Shown: positions 9,158 through 19,132 of the stretch, piece by piece
Layout: every line of letters begins with the position of its first letter
How positions within the stretch are numbered: the first letter of the stretch is position 1
Assembly (NCBI GenBank): GCA_947631585.1
Contig: CANRLY010000001.1
Location: 1 to 49,132 of the forward strand
DNA length: 49,132 nucleotides
Reading direction: 5' to 3'
From: an uncultured Clostridia bacterium
Lineage (GTDB): Bacteria; Bacillota; Clostridia; Oscillospirales; Ruminococcaceae
Program-made: the position numbers and the translations under genes
The notes under the pieces: generated by a model
What the model saw: the letters and a program-made list of their open reading frames with translations, nothing else
Databases searched by the model: none
What the model was told of the DNA's origin: nothing

Positions 9158-10762
9158 TTGGTGTCGAAATTAAAAAAATGCTTTATCGGCATTGTGGCAG
9201 CGGTCACAGCGGCAGGCTCATTTGCTGCAACCGCATTCGCCGACGAGCCGTATGAGACCTACAGCTATGATATGTGGCAGGACACCATCCCGTCGCAGGC
9301 TGGCTACAGGGTCGAAAGGACCGTTACCGGACTTGATATGGGACTTTCCTCTTTATCAGATCCGGAAAGCCCGTTCTTTATAAGCGAAAAGGAAAGTCCG
9401 TACCTTAACACGGCAAGAGATATGTTCTTTGACGACGTGAGCGAGACGTTCTGGGTGGTGGATTCTGGAAACAACAGACTTCTCCAGCTGGACAAAGACC
9501 TGAAGCTCATCGGCTGTATAAAGACTATCGAGGGAAGTTCGGTAAGTACATTCAACAACCCTCAGGGTATCTTTACTTCAACGGACGACAAGGGAGTTAC
9601 AACTATTTACCTTGCGGACGCTGACAACAACAGGGGTCTTAAACTGGAAAAGACCAGCCCCACCAGCGCAAAGGTAATTCTGGAACTGACAAAGCCGGAA
9701 ACAGAGGCTTACAAGGCGGAGGCTTTTACACCGTCTAAGGTAATAGCCGATAAGGAGGGCAACATCTACCTTATCTCTACTTCGGTAAACTCCGGTGCGC
9801 TGAGGTATGACTCCGCAGGAACTTTCAGAGGATTCTTCGGTGCGAACCGTGTTGAACAGACCGCTGCGGTAGTTGCAAGAAAGGTCTGGAGAATGTTCGC
9901 TTCGGAAGCGCAGCTGGAAGCTATGGTAAGCTCGGTCCCTACTGAGTTCCACAACTTCGATATTGACGAGGACGGTTTCGTCTTTACAGTAACTGAATCG
10001 GCTAACGCTTCCACCGACGCAGTTAAAAAACTGAACCCGGCAGGATATAATATCTGGGACAACGCAGTGGGAAATTCCTACGAGTTCGGCGACTTCGCAT
10101 GGAGCGCAAAGGAATATTCCGCTAAGTCCACCAAGCTGACAGACGTAGTCATCGGCGAGGGCGGAATAATAAACCTGCTGGACTATGAGACCGGAAGAGT
10201 TTTCCAGTACGACAAGGACGCAAACCTGCTGTTCATCTTCGGAGCAAAATCAACTCCGTCAGAGCAGGAGGGAAGCTTTACCGCACCTAATGCGGTGGAG
10301 ACCTACGGCACGAACATATACGTTCTGGACGGAACGAAAAACGATATTACGGTGTTTACCGAAACGGTTTTCGGAAAGTACGTTCATCAGGCTTCCGAAC
10401 TGTATGTTCAGGGTAAATATGTAGAAGCCAAGCCTATCTGGGAAGAGGTCATGAGAAGAGACGGCGGCTACACGCTGGCTCACATAGCTCTGGGAAAAGC
10501 TGCCCTTAACGAGGACAGATACGCCGACGCTATGGAATACTTCGAGACCGCTTACGACCAGGAGAATTACGACAAGGCTTTTGAGTATTACAGGGACGAC
10601 TTCCTCAGAGACCACTTCCAGGCGATAGTAATTACGCTGGTCGTGCTGATAGTGCTGATAATAGTTCTTGTAAAGCTCAGGCAAAAAGGCAAGATAAAGT
10701 CCATCGGCGAATACATAAAGGCTTCCAAAGAGAAAAAAGCTGCAAAGGAGGAAAATGAGTAA
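9158..10762 (+). CDS. Secreted NHL-repeat beta-propeller / TPR protein with C-terminal membrane anchor
   Basis: Signal peptide; NHL-type repeats (FWVVDSGNNRLLQLD, IYLADADNNRGLKLE, IYVLDGTKNDITVF); a TPR-like helix pair (YVQGKYVEAKPIWEEV.., YADAMEYFETAY); and a TM segment IVITLVVLIVLIIVLV followed by a lysine-rich tail. Confidence 0.75.
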   Translation: MVSKLKKCFIGIVAAVTAAGSFAATAFADEPYETYSYDMWQDTIPSQAGYRVERTVTGLDMGLSSLSDPESPFFISEKESPYLNTARDMFFDDVSETFWVVDSGNNRLLQLDKDLKLIGCIKTIEGSSVSTFNNPQGIFTSTDDKGVTTIYLADADNNRGLKLEKTSPTSAKVILELTKPETEAYKAEAFTPSKVIADKEGNIYLISTSVNSGALRYDSAGTFRGFFGANRVEQTAAVVARKVWRMFASEAQLEAMVSSVPTEFHNFDIDEDGFVFTVTESANASTDAVKKLNPAGYNIWDNAVGNSYEFGDFAWSAKEYSAKSTKLTDVVIGEGGIINLLDYETGRVFQYDKDANLLFIFGAKSTPSEQEGSFTAPNAVETYGTNIYVLDGTKNDITVFTETVFGKYVHQASELYVQGKYVEAKPIWEEVMRRDGGYTLAHIALGKAALNEDRYADAMEYFETAYDQENYDKAFEYYRDDFLRDHFQAIVITLVVLIVLIIVLVKLRQKGKIKSIGEYIKASKEKKAAKEENE

Positions 10763-11391
10763 TGTATGAATTTTCAACTTTAGGTTGGCTCAAACACGTT
10801 ATTTTCCATCCGGTGGAAGGCTTTGAAGATCTGAGATGGAAGAAAAAAGGTTCGCTGAAGCTGTCGTTCTTAATAGTTTTCCTGCTCTTTGTGGCAATGG
10901 TAGTGAACCGTCAGCTGAAAGGCTTTGCGTTCAACACCGCTTATGTAAAGGTGTTCAACGTAGTGCCGCTGATAGTGCAGTCGATAGTTTACTTCTTTGT
11001 GTGGGTAATAGGAAACTGGGCGGTATGTACCTTGTTCGACGGCGAGGGAACGCTGAAAAATATCTGCATTTACTCGGCATACGCTCTCGTACCTTATATA
11101 ATAGGCGTGTATGTGTCGGTGTTCATATCGAACTTCCTGATACTGGACGAGGCTATCTGGGTGAACTTCATTTATTTGCTGGGACTGGGCTGGTCGGTGG
11201 TGCTTATGATACAGGCAATGAAAGCCGTCCACCAGTATTCCTTCACAAAAACGATCGTGTCGATCATCGGAACTCTTATAGCAATGCTGCTGATACTTTT
11301 CCTGGCAGTGCTGCTGCTCTCATTGTTCCAGCAGGTGTACGTTTTCGTTTACTCGATCTACACCGAGATCGCATACAGGGTCAGAGGCTGA
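10762..11391 (+). CDS. Yip1-domain-like polytopic membrane protein
   Basis: TAATG overlap with the upstream gene. Five hydrophobic helices. The N-terminal HPVEGFEDLRWKKKGS segment is typical of bacterial Yip1-family proteins (recalled, not searched). Confidence 0.7.
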   Translation: MYEFSTLGWLKHVIFHPVEGFEDLRWKKKGSLKLSFLIVFLLFVAMVVNRQLKGFAFNTAYVKVFNVVPLIVQSIVYFFVWVIGNWAVCTLFDGEGTLKNICIYSAYALVPYIIGVYVSVFISNFLILDEAIWVNFIYLLGLGWSVVLMIQAMKAVHQYSFTKTIVSIIGTLIAMLLILFLAVLLLSLFQQVYVFVYSIYTEIAYRVRG

Positions 11392-11413
11392 GGAAAGGAT
11401 GGTGTTTTGAATC

Positions 11414-14400
11414 ATGCACGGAAAAAAGAAAAAGATCCTTATCTTTGCGTTGGTCCTTTCTATGCTGATGCCGCTGGGCTCCGCTTTTGCAGCTGAGGAG
11501 AACGAAAACGCAGACTCTTCCGCTGAAACGGACGAGAACGGCGCTGAAAACTCCGAGGGCGAAGATGGCGAAGAGGAAGAAGAAGAGGACGAAACTGTCG
11601 ATCTTGCTACCGAAACTACCGCAGAGTACGTTAAGAGCGCAATGGAAGTTCTGGGAAGCGAGAGCGATTATACAGTTTACAAGGGAGTTATCACTAACAG
11701 GCAGAATCTGGATCTGATGCTGGCTAACGCTCAGATGTATCTGGACGCAAAGGATAGCTATACTCCCGAAAGTCTGGGAGCTTACAGCGACGCAGTGGAA
11801 AAGGCAAGACCTCTTGCGGAGGATATGGCGGCTACTCAGTATGAGATAGACGAGGCTGCTATTGAAATTGAAAGAGCGCAGCTGGCTCTGGTGTATGCCG
11901 GACAAGAACCGGTGGAAACTCCTGAACCGGATACGGTGGATAAGAGCGTGTTGCAGAATACGCTGGATTCCGCAGACCCGAATCTGGTGGAAAGCGATTA
12001 CACCGAGTACACCTGGAAGATCTATTCCGATTCGCTGGAAAACGCAAAGAAACTTATCGACGATGCAGCTGCTACTCAGGCTGACGTAAATGCGGCTGTG
12101 AACGAGATAACTTACACCAAGGGCAAACTGCTGGCAGCTCCGAAAGAACAGCTGGCAATAATCTACAACGACCCCGAAAAGGGCGAAACGCTGGTGGCAG
12201 TTATAGACGAGGCTGAGGGGGAAGGCGCAAGCCGCATAAATATGTCTCCCGAAGGCATCTGGGTGGTAGAAACCGACAGCAGCTACAGCAAGCTGGAAAA
12301 TTTCTACATCAAACTGTTGAGCAAGAACGAGTCCAGCGCATTTGTTACAACAGATAAGGACGCTGTTTATATCATGGACGCTTCCGCCGGAACTATCTCG
12401 GATACCTACGCTTATCAGGGCGAGGACAACGAGAACGGCAGAAAGTTCGTTTCGGAAAGCAGCGGAAGAATAATGTTCACCACGCTGGAGACCGACAGGC
12501 TCCTGGCTGACGTGCAGCTGGCTATGGAAAATGAGAACCTGGCAGTTTACGCCGACGAGGTGAACGGAAAACTTGCTCTTTATGACAAGAAAGGGGATAA
12601 ATACTGGTGGTCAACGCCGGTAAATCCCTACGGCGATCAAACTATCATCGACCAGGCTAAGATGACTTCCATGAAACTGCCTCAGAGGAATCAGTCGGCT
12701 TCGGGACTGATACTCCAGTACGGCGACCTGAGACAGGAGAAGAGGAACGTAACTGACCTTTACTCCAAAGCAGTGCAGGAGACCAAAGCCGGAAGCGAGA
12801 CCTGGAAGATCTCCGGAAACGGTCTGACCGTTACCTATAAGTTCAGGGACGGCGGATTTGAAGTTCCGGTAGAGTATAAGCTCTATGACGACAGGCTGGA
12901 AGCTTCGGTGGATATGGAAAAAGTCGTTGAAAAGACGGCTGACGACTCGGTGAGCGGAAAGATAGTCACCGCCCTTACCCTTAACCCATCGTTCGGTGCG
13001 GCTCCTCTGCTGGACCTTGCCGGAAATGAAGTCGAGGGATATATGGTCATTCCTGACGGAAGCGGAGCTATTATACGTTACAACAACGGAAAACAAGGCT
13101 ACACTTCCTACACCCAGCAGCTTTACGGCAGAGACAAGACCACAGTTCCCCTTAATGCGCCGAGAGTTACAGAACAGGCTTACCTGCCGCTGATAGCTAC
13201 GGTGGAAGGCAAGAACGGTCTTGTGGCTATTGCTACCGACGGCGACGGAAACGCTTCAGTAAACGCTCAGGTGAGCAGGCAGAACAAGCAGGCTTTCAAT
13301 ACCGTGAACTTTACTTTCAACCTGAGAAGCTCCGACACCTACTACATGGGCGGAACGGACGGAACCAGGATAACGGTGTTTGAAAAGGGCAAGATCAAGA
13401 CCGATAAAATAGCGGTAAGCTATTATCCTATAAGCGATGAGAAGGAAGTAAACTACGCAGATGTGGCTGCGGTCTACAGAAACTACCTTATCACAGAAAA
13501 GGGTCTTGAGAAAAAGACTGAAGCCGGAAAGACAAACCTTTATCTTGACCTGTTCGGAGGCGTGCTGAAAGAAACTTCTATCGCCGGAGTGCCGGTGGAT
13601 ATGAAAACCAGAGTTACTACGTTCGACCAGGCGGAAGAAATAATCAAGAAGCTGTCCGACGGCGGAGTTACCAGCATGGTGGCAAATTACAACCAGTGGA
13701 CCAACAAGTCTATGGTAGGAAAAATTTCCACCAAGTTCAAACCCTCCGGAAAATTAGGCGGAAAGAGCGGATTTGAGGATTTTCAGACGGCAGCGCAGTC
13801 GATGAACACGGTCATCTATCCCTCTATCTCCAATATGGAAATGAAGAGCAGCACCTGGGGATTCCTCACTTTGAACAGTACGGCGATAAGAGTTTCAAAC
13901 GCTCAGTCAAGACAAAGCAAGTACAGTATTGCGTTTGGAGTACAGCAGTCGGGTAAAGCTCCCGCCCTGCTCTCGCCTAACGCTTACACCAAGGCGATGA
14001 CTCAGATGGTGGAAAGCTTCACCGATAAGGGTCAGAAGAATATCGGCTTCGGCGAATACTCAAATACGCTGGTGTCTGACTTTTCAAGAAAACACGCTCT
14101 CAGCAGAGAGTCTAACGAAGATAACCTTGTGGAGAACTACAAAAAGGCATCTGAGCAGATGGAAAGCATTATCGCAGACGAGGCAAACGCTTATATTATC
14201 CCGTATGTGGATCATATAACCAATGTGCCTGTTTACTCCAGCCAGTATAATATGGCGGATCTGGATATACCGCTTTACCAGATGGTCATTCACGGATATG
14301 TTCCGTATGCGTCAACTCCTGTAAACGCTAATTCCAACGCTGAAGAAGTGTTTATGCTGTCGCTGGCATCAGGTTCGGCAATACACTACGATATGTTCTA

Positions 14401-14701
14401 CGAGGAAGCTTATGAACTGATAGATACGGACTTCAACGACCTGTACTACGCAAATTACGCAGGCTGGATAGACCCCGCTATCAAACAGTATCAGCTCAGC
14501 GACAAGATACTCAGTCAGGTGAGCGACAAGATCATCACCGATTACCAGGTCAATGAGGAGACCGGAGTTATTACCACGACTTACAGCTCTGAAGGTTCGG
14601 CGGACGTTGTGATAACTATTGACACGGTCAACGCCACGGCAGATGTAAACGGCGTTAAGTACGATCTTAAAACAGCTATAGAAGGAGGTTTGCAGGGCTA
14701 A
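11414..14701 (+). CDS. Large secreted protein (1095 aa) with acidic N-terminus, two FIVAR-like helical repeats and a large uncharacterised domain (possibly DUF5696-like)
   Basis: Signal peptide ending in AFA. An E/D-rich stretch. FIVAR-like repeats (YTPESLGAYSDAVEKARPLAEDMAATQYEIDEAAIEIERA; YTWKIYSDSLENAKKLIDDAAATQADVNAAVNEITYTK). The remaining ~800 aa show no motif I can name. The DUF5696 assignment is from memory of similar neighbourhoods only. Confidence 0.7.
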   Translation: MHGKKKKILIFALVLSMLMPLGSAFAAEENENADSSAETDENGAENSEGEDGEEEEEEDETVDLATETTAEYVKSAMEVLGSESDYTVYKGVITNRQNLDLMLANAQMYLDAKDSYTPESLGAYSDAVEKARPLAEDMAATQYEIDEAAIEIERAQLALVYAGQEPVETPEPDTVDKSVLQNTLDSADPNLVESDYTEYTWKIYSDSLENAKKLIDDAAATQADVNAAVNEITYTKGKLLAAPKEQLAIIYNDPEKGETLVAVIDEAEGEGASRINMSPEGIWVVETDSSYSKLENFYIKLLSKNESSAFVTTDKDAVYIMDASAGTISDTYAYQGEDNENGRKFVSESSGRIMFTTLETDRLLADVQLAMENENLAVYADEVNGKLALYDKKGDKYWWSTPVNPYGDQTIIDQAKMTSMKLPQRNQSASGLILQYGDLRQEKRNVTDLYSKAVQETKAGSETWKISGNGLTVTYKFRDGGFEVPVEYKLYDDRLEASVDMEKVVEKTADDSVSGKIVTALTLNPSFGAAPLLDLAGNEVEGYMVIPDGSGAIIRYNNGKQGYTSYTQQLYGRDKTTVPLNAPRVTEQAYLPLIATVEGKNGLVAIATDGDGNASVNAQVSRQNKQAFNTVNFTFNLRSSDTYYMGGTDGTRITVFEKGKIKTDKIAVSYYPISDEKEVNYADVAAVYRNYLITEKGLEKKTEAGKTNLYLDLFGGVLKETSIAGVPVDMKTRVTTFDQAEEIIKKLSDGGVTSMVANYNQWTNKSMVGKISTKFKPSGKLGGKSGFEDFQTAAQSMNTVIYPSISNMEMKSSTWGFLTLNSTAIRVSNAQSRQSKYSIAFGVQQSGKAPALLSPNAYTKAMTQMVESFTDKGQKNIGFGEYSNTLVSDFSRKHALSRESNEDNLVENYKKASEQMESIIADEANAYIIPYVDHITNVPVYSSQYNMADLDIPLYQMVIHGYVPYASTPVNANSNAEEVFMLSLASGSAIHYDMFYEEAYELIDTDFNDLYYANYAGWIDPAIKQYQLSDKILSQVSDKIITDYQVNEETGVITTTYSSEGSADVVITIDTVNATADVNGVKYDLKTAIEGGLQG

Positions 14702-15816
14702 TGGAAGAAAATAAAAAAATGGAGGCTTCCGAGGAAATGGTAAATGCCTCAGAAGCTGCTCCAGAAGAAATTTCTCAGACTGAAGAAGCTGTTGCAGACG
14801 TAACTTCAGGTAAGATCAAAGACGGAGAGATGGAGTTCTCGTTCGATACTCCGGAGAAAAAGGACGAGAACACTCCGCTTGAAAGCAAGGCTTCCAAAAA
14901 GAAGCCCAAGCAAAAGGGTATGAAGATACCCTACGAAAGAAGAAAGATGCTCTACGGCTACGGATTTATCGCTCTGTGGTTCATCGGAACTATCTACTTC
15001 TTCATCATGCCTACGATAACTTCGCTTATCTATTCGTTCAACGACACTCAGCCTGTTTCAGGAAAGATGCAGCTGGATTTCGTGGGCATACAGAATTACT
15101 ACAACGCATTCAGGAAAGATACGGCTTACACCAAGAACCTGCTGGACGTTCTGGGCTCTACAATTCTGAAAACACCGCTGATAATCATTTTCTCAATCTT
15201 CGTAGCGGTAATACTCAACCAGAAGTTCAGGGGCAGGACTTTCGCAAGAGCGGTATTCTTCCTGCCGGTAATAATCGCAACAGGACCGGTTTACGACATA
15301 ATCACCGGTAACATGAACACCGGTGGATATTCAGGCGGTTCTGAGCAGTTCAGCACCATGTTTGAGACGGACCTTGTGGATCAGCTGCTGACGTTTTTGG
15401 GAATTTACAATATAAGCGACAAGCTGACGTCAGCCATTACGACCATCACGTCGGATATCTTCAACATGGTATGGAACGCAGGTATCCAGATACTGCTGTT
15501 CTTGTCGGCGCTGCAAAACATTCCCTATTCCGCCAAGGAAGCCGCCCAGATGGAAGGCGCTACGGCGTGGGAATACTTCTGGAAGATCACAGTGCCTTAT
15601 ATCAGCCCGATGATCATGGCAAGCCTTGTTTACACGGTAGTTGACTCGTTCGTTGACCCGACCAACTCAGTAATGCAGCAGGTAGTTTCCAAGTCCTCGC
15701 AGTGGGAGCACGGTTACAGTGCGGCGATGGCGTGGGCGTACTTCGCAATAGTGGGAGTCGTTCTGGCGATAGCAGTTGTCATCGTAAACAAGTTTGTATA
15801 CTATGAAGTGGATTAA
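14701..15816 (+). CDS. Carbohydrate ABC transporter permease (MalF-like), pair 2, with ~85-aa acidic N-terminal extension
   Basis: TAATG overlap with the upstream gene and a GAAGGAGG SD. EAA loop KEAAQMEGATAWEYFWKITVPYISP. Six TM segments. Confidence 0.88.
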   Translation: MEENKKMEASEEMVNASEAAPEEISQTEEAVADVTSGKIKDGEMEFSFDTPEKKDENTPLESKASKKKPKQKGMKIPYERRKMLYGYGFIALWFIGTIYFFIMPTITSLIYSFNDTQPVSGKMQLDFVGIQNYYNAFRKDTAYTKNLLDVLGSTILKTPLIIIFSIFVAVILNQKFRGRTFARAVFFLPVIIATGPVYDIITGNMNTGGYSGGSEQFSTMFETDLVDQLLTFLGIYNISDKLTSAITTITSDIFNMVWNAGIQILLFLSALQNIPYSAKEAAQMEGATAWEYFWKITVPYISPMIMASLVYTVVDSFVDPTNSVMQQVVSKSSQWEHGYSAAMAWAYFAIVGVVLAIAVVIVNKFVYYEVD

Positions 15817-15828
15817 GGGGGGATAAGA

Positions 15829-16878
15829 GTGGCAACCAGAAAAGAAGAAAAACAATTTGCAAAAGAAATGAAAGCGGCTAAAAAAGCCAAGCTCAAAGCA
15901 ATGAAAGCGGCTGGTATCAAGCCCGACCTTACTCCCGAGCAGATACGTTACAACCGCAACAAAGCTCTGGTAGGAGCAGTGTGGCCGATATTCAGGTTCC
16001 TGATACTTTTCGGACTCTGCTTCATAATCCTCTACCCTCTTATCTTCATGTTCTCAACGGCGTTCAGACCCAACGACCAGATGTCTGACCCGTCCATCGT
16101 GTGGATACCGAGAAGTCTTACCTTGCAGAACATCAAGGAGACCTGGACCACTATTTCTTACGGTTCTACGGCTCTCCAGACGGTAAGGCTCAACCTTATT
16201 TCCTCGCTGCTGTCCGTTGCTTCCTGTGCTATCACAGGCTACGGATTTGCAAGATTCAAGTTCAAGGGAAAAAATCTGCTGTTTGCGATAGTTGTTCTGA
16301 TGATAATTGTACCGCCTCAGATCACCACGATTCCGCTGTTCGTACAGTTTGCATACTTCAAGGGATTCGGACTGGTAAAGCTGTTCACCGGCAAGCCGTA
16401 TATCTCCCTTATCGACCACGGCATAACGATGTACGCACCGGCGTTGTTCGCCAACGGTATCAAGGCAGGACTGTTCATCTACATATTCAGGCAGTTCTTC
16501 AGAGGGCTTCCCAAGGAGCTTGAGGACGCCGCCTATCTGGACGGCTGCGGTCCGTTCAAGACCTTTGTAAAGGTCATGATACCCAATGCAGCCTCCTCAT
16601 TCCTGACGGTATTCCTTTTCTCCATTGTTTGGTACTGGAACGACTACTATGTTTCGTCCTCGTTCTTCACGGACAACAGTACTATTGCTCTGGAGCTGAA
16701 AAACCTGGACAACACTCTGAGGGCGCAGTTGTTTGACAACCAGCCCGTAACGCCCAGGCAGATCATTGTTTGGCTGGAATCAGGTTGTATTCTTGCCACC
16801 GCCCCGATACTCATTATGTACATCTTTTTACAAAGGTATTTTGTTGAAGGTGTAGAGCGTTCGGGTCTGGTAGGCTGA
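15829..16878 (+). CDS. Carbohydrate ABC transporter permease (MalG-like), pair 2, with ~50-aa basic N-terminal extension
   Basis: GTG start. EAA loop LEDAAYLDGCGPFKTFVKVMIPNAASS. The lysine-rich N-terminal helix is KEEKQFAKEMKAAKKAKLKAMKAAG. Confidence 0.88.
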   Translation: MATRKEEKQFAKEMKAAKKAKLKAMKAAGIKPDLTPEQIRYNRNKALVGAVWPIFRFLILFGLCFIILYPLIFMFSTAFRPNDQMSDPSIVWIPRSLTLQNIKETWTTISYGSTALQTVRLNLISSLLSVASCAITGYGFARFKFKGKNLLFAIVVLMIIVPPQITTIPLFVQFAYFKGFGLVKLFTGKPYISLIDHGITMYAPALFANGIKAGLFIYIFRQFFRGLPKELEDAAYLDGCGPFKTFVKVMIPNAASSFLTVFLFSIVWYWNDYYVSSSFFTDNSTIALELKNLDNTLRAQLFDNQPVTPRQIIVWLESGCILATAPILIMYIFLQRYFVEGVERSGLVG

Positions 16879-16896
16879 TATCGAAAACTACAGCAA

Positions 16897-16931
16897 GAGC
16901 CGCACCCCTGTCGGGGTGCGGCTCGATTTTT
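16897..16931 (+). terminator. Intrinsic terminator of the ABC super-operon
   Basis: GAGCCGCACCCC-TGTC-GGGGTGCGGCTC (12-bp stem) followed by GATTTTT. Confidence 0.85.
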
Positions 16932-16940
16932 GCTTTGGCA

Positions 16941-16979
16941 AAAATAAAAGGGACGCCCTCTTATATCCGGGCGTCCCTT
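16941..16979 (-). terminator. Intrinsic terminator of glf (minus strand)
   Basis: AAGGGACGCCC / GGGCGTCCCTT 11-bp stem (16948-16979). On the minus strand it is followed by TTTATTTTTG. Confidence 0.8.
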
Positions 16980-16986
16980 GCGCTTA

Positions 16987-18102
16987 TTATTCGCTGACCG
17001 AACCAAATTCGGCTTTTACCGCTTCCAGTGCGGCGATTATGACCTTGTCCATGTCGTAATATTTGTACTCGCCCAGGCGTCCGCCGAAGATGACTTTTTC
17101 CTCTTTGTCCGCCAAAGCCTTGTACTTGCTGTAAAGCGCACCGTTCTTCTCGTCGTTCACCGGGTAGTAAGGCTCGTCTCCCGGCTTCCACTCCGCCGAA
17201 TATTCCCTTGAAATGATCGTGGTCGGCTGAGTTCCAAACTCAAAGAACTTATGCTCGATTATCCTCGTGAACGGCGTTTCACGGTCGGTGTAATTCACCA
17301 CCGCATTGCCCTGGTAATTGTCAGTGTCAAGCTCCTCCGTCTCGAATCTCACGCTGCGGTATTCCAGATTCCCATAGCAGAAATCAAAGTAAGCGTCTAT
17401 TGCACCGGTGTAAACTACCTTTTCCGCACAGCCGGACAACTCTTCCTTGTTCGCAAAATAATCAGTATCCAGCAGCAGGTCTGCGCCCTCCAGCATCTTC
17501 TCGATTATCTGGGTGTAACCGCCTATGGGTATGCCCTGATAGCTGTCGTTGAAGTAGTTGTTGTCGTAGGTGAAACGCACCGGCAGCCGCTTGATGATGA
17601 ACGACGGCAGGTCCTTGCAGTCTCTTCCCCACTGCTTCTCGGTGTAACCCTTCACCAGCTTCTCGTAAATGTCCCGTCCCACCAGAGAAATGGCTTGCTC
17701 CTCAAGATTCTGCGGCTCTCCGGTTATCTCCTTGCGTTGCTCGTCTATTATCGCCTTTGCCTGGTCGGGAGTTGCTATATTCCACATTTTGGAAAAAGTA
17801 TTCATATTGAACGGCATATTGTAAAGCTCGTCTTTGTACCTTGCCACAGGGGAATTGGTGTAGCGGTTGAACTCCGCAAAGCGCTGGATATAGTTCCACA
17901 CGAACTTGTCGCTGGTGTGGAAAATATGCGCCCCGTAAACGTGAACGTTTATCCCGCTGCGGTTTTCGGTGTAGATGTTGCCGGCAACGTGGCTTCTCTT
18001 GTCTATCACCAGACAGCTCTTGCCCTTTTTCATTGCCTCATACGCAAAGACCGCACCATACAGCCCTGCCCCTACTATAAGGTAGTCGTATTTTTTCATC
18101 AC
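16987..18102 (-). CDS. glf: UDP-galactopyranose mutase
   Basis: N-terminal FAD fold YDYLIVGAGLYGAVFA. Conserved blocks GNIYTE, HVYGAHIFHT, YTEKQWG, FTYDNNYFND and GRLGEYKYYDMD are characteristic of Glf. Confidence 0.93.
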   Translation of the reverse strand: MMKKYDYLIVGAGLYGAVFAYEAMKKGKSCLVIDKRSHVAGNIYTENRSGINVHVYGAHIFHTSDKFVWNYIQRFAEFNRYTNSPVARYKDELYNMPFNMNTFSKMWNIATPDQAKAIIDEQRKEITGEPQNLEEQAISLVGRDIYEKLVKGYTEKQWGRDCKDLPSFIIKRLPVRFTYDNNYFNDSYQGIPIGGYTQIIEKMLEGADLLLDTDYFANKEELSGCAEKVVYTGAIDAYFDFCYGNLEYRSVRFETEELDTDNYQGNAVVNYTDRETPFTRIIEHKFFEFGTQPTTIISREYSAEWKPGDEPYYPVNDEKNGALYSKYKALADKEEKVIFGGRLGEYKYYDMDKVIIAALEAVKAEFGSVSE

Positions 18103-18121
18103 TTAACACTCCTTGATATTA

Positions 18122-19132
18122 TTAGAAATGTTCCCAATCAAACAGCACGCCCAACGGAAATTCCCTGTCGTTAAGCAGTCTGCTATAAGTTTCAGCAGCT
18201 TGTGCAGGCGAACAGATCTCTCCGATCATATCTTCAGCATTTATACGTCCGTCAGACATAAATCCCAGCAAGGTGATATAATCCCGTCTTGAAGTCCAGT
18301 TGCCCGGTGCGGAATTATATGGCAATCTTGTCATATCATGTGCGCCGATAAGTTCGACACCTTTGAGGTGAACGTATCGGTAAAAATCCACAGGCTTTGT
18401 CATAACACGTTGACAGCCGTTTATCATGACCCTTGCATATTTGGAGGTATATTTCAGGCAATCTATCAGCCCTGCCTCTGAACCTGATGTCTCAACAATG
18501 ACATTTGCGCCTTTTACACCATTTCTTTCCTGGGTGAACTCACAGATCTTTTTTGCCAGGTCAGGATCGTTAGGCGACAATACTAATTCAGCGCCGTATG
18601 CTTTTGCTTTTTGTTGTCTTATCTCACGATTCCCTACGCCGATTATAGGCATTGCTCCTGCAAGTTTGGCGATCTGAACGCCGAAAAGTCCCAACATACC
18701 CAGACCGACTATTACTACCGATTCGCCGATCTCAAGGCGGGCACGTCTTATTGCAAGCAATGGAAAGCTTGCAAGACGGGTAAATGCAGCTTGCTGGAAA
18801 GAAACATTGTCCGGTATTTTAACGACCATGTTTTTCTTTTTGACATTATAGGCTGCGTGTCCCCCATAGGCAACGAATACTCTGTCACCTTCTTTAAGAT
18901 CAGTGACGTTTTTTCCGACCTTTGTGACTATGCCGGCAGAAGAATACCCCGGAACGCACGGAAACTTTTGTGATGTGTTGTTAGAAGCGCTAAGGTATGC
19001 CTTTTCCGTGCCGGCTGATATAAGAGTATAGCAAACCTTTACCTGGACTTCATCGTTCCCAGGGTCTTTGACATCAAATTCTTCCAATCCGGCAACTCCT
19101 GGCTTTTCAAAAACGATCCTGGTACTTTTCAT
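18122..19132 (-). CDS. Medium-chain (zinc-type) alcohol/polyol dehydrogenase family protein
   Basis: GroES-like N-terminal part (CYTLISAGTEKA, PGYSSAGIV, GDRVF) and a Rossmann motif VVIVGLGMLGLFGVQIAKLAGA. It is preceded by the GT gene with a 4-nt overlap. Confidence 0.8.
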   Translation of the reverse strand: MKSTRIVFEKPGVAGLEEFDVKDPGNDEVQVKVCYTLISAGTEKAYLSASNNTSQKFPCVPGYSSAGIVTKVGKNVTDLKEGDRVFVAYGGHAAYNVKKKNMVVKIPDNVSFQQAAFTRLASFPLLAIRRARLEIGESVVIVGLGMLGLFGVQIAKLAGAMPIIGVGNREIRQQKAKAYGAELVLSPNDPDLAKKICEFTQERNGVKGANVIVETSGSEAGLIDCLKYTSKYARVMINGCQRVMTKPVDFYRYVHLKGVELIGAHDMTRLPYNSAPGNWTSRRDYITLLGFMSDGRINAEDMIGEICSPAQAAETYSRLLNDREFPLGVLFDWEHF

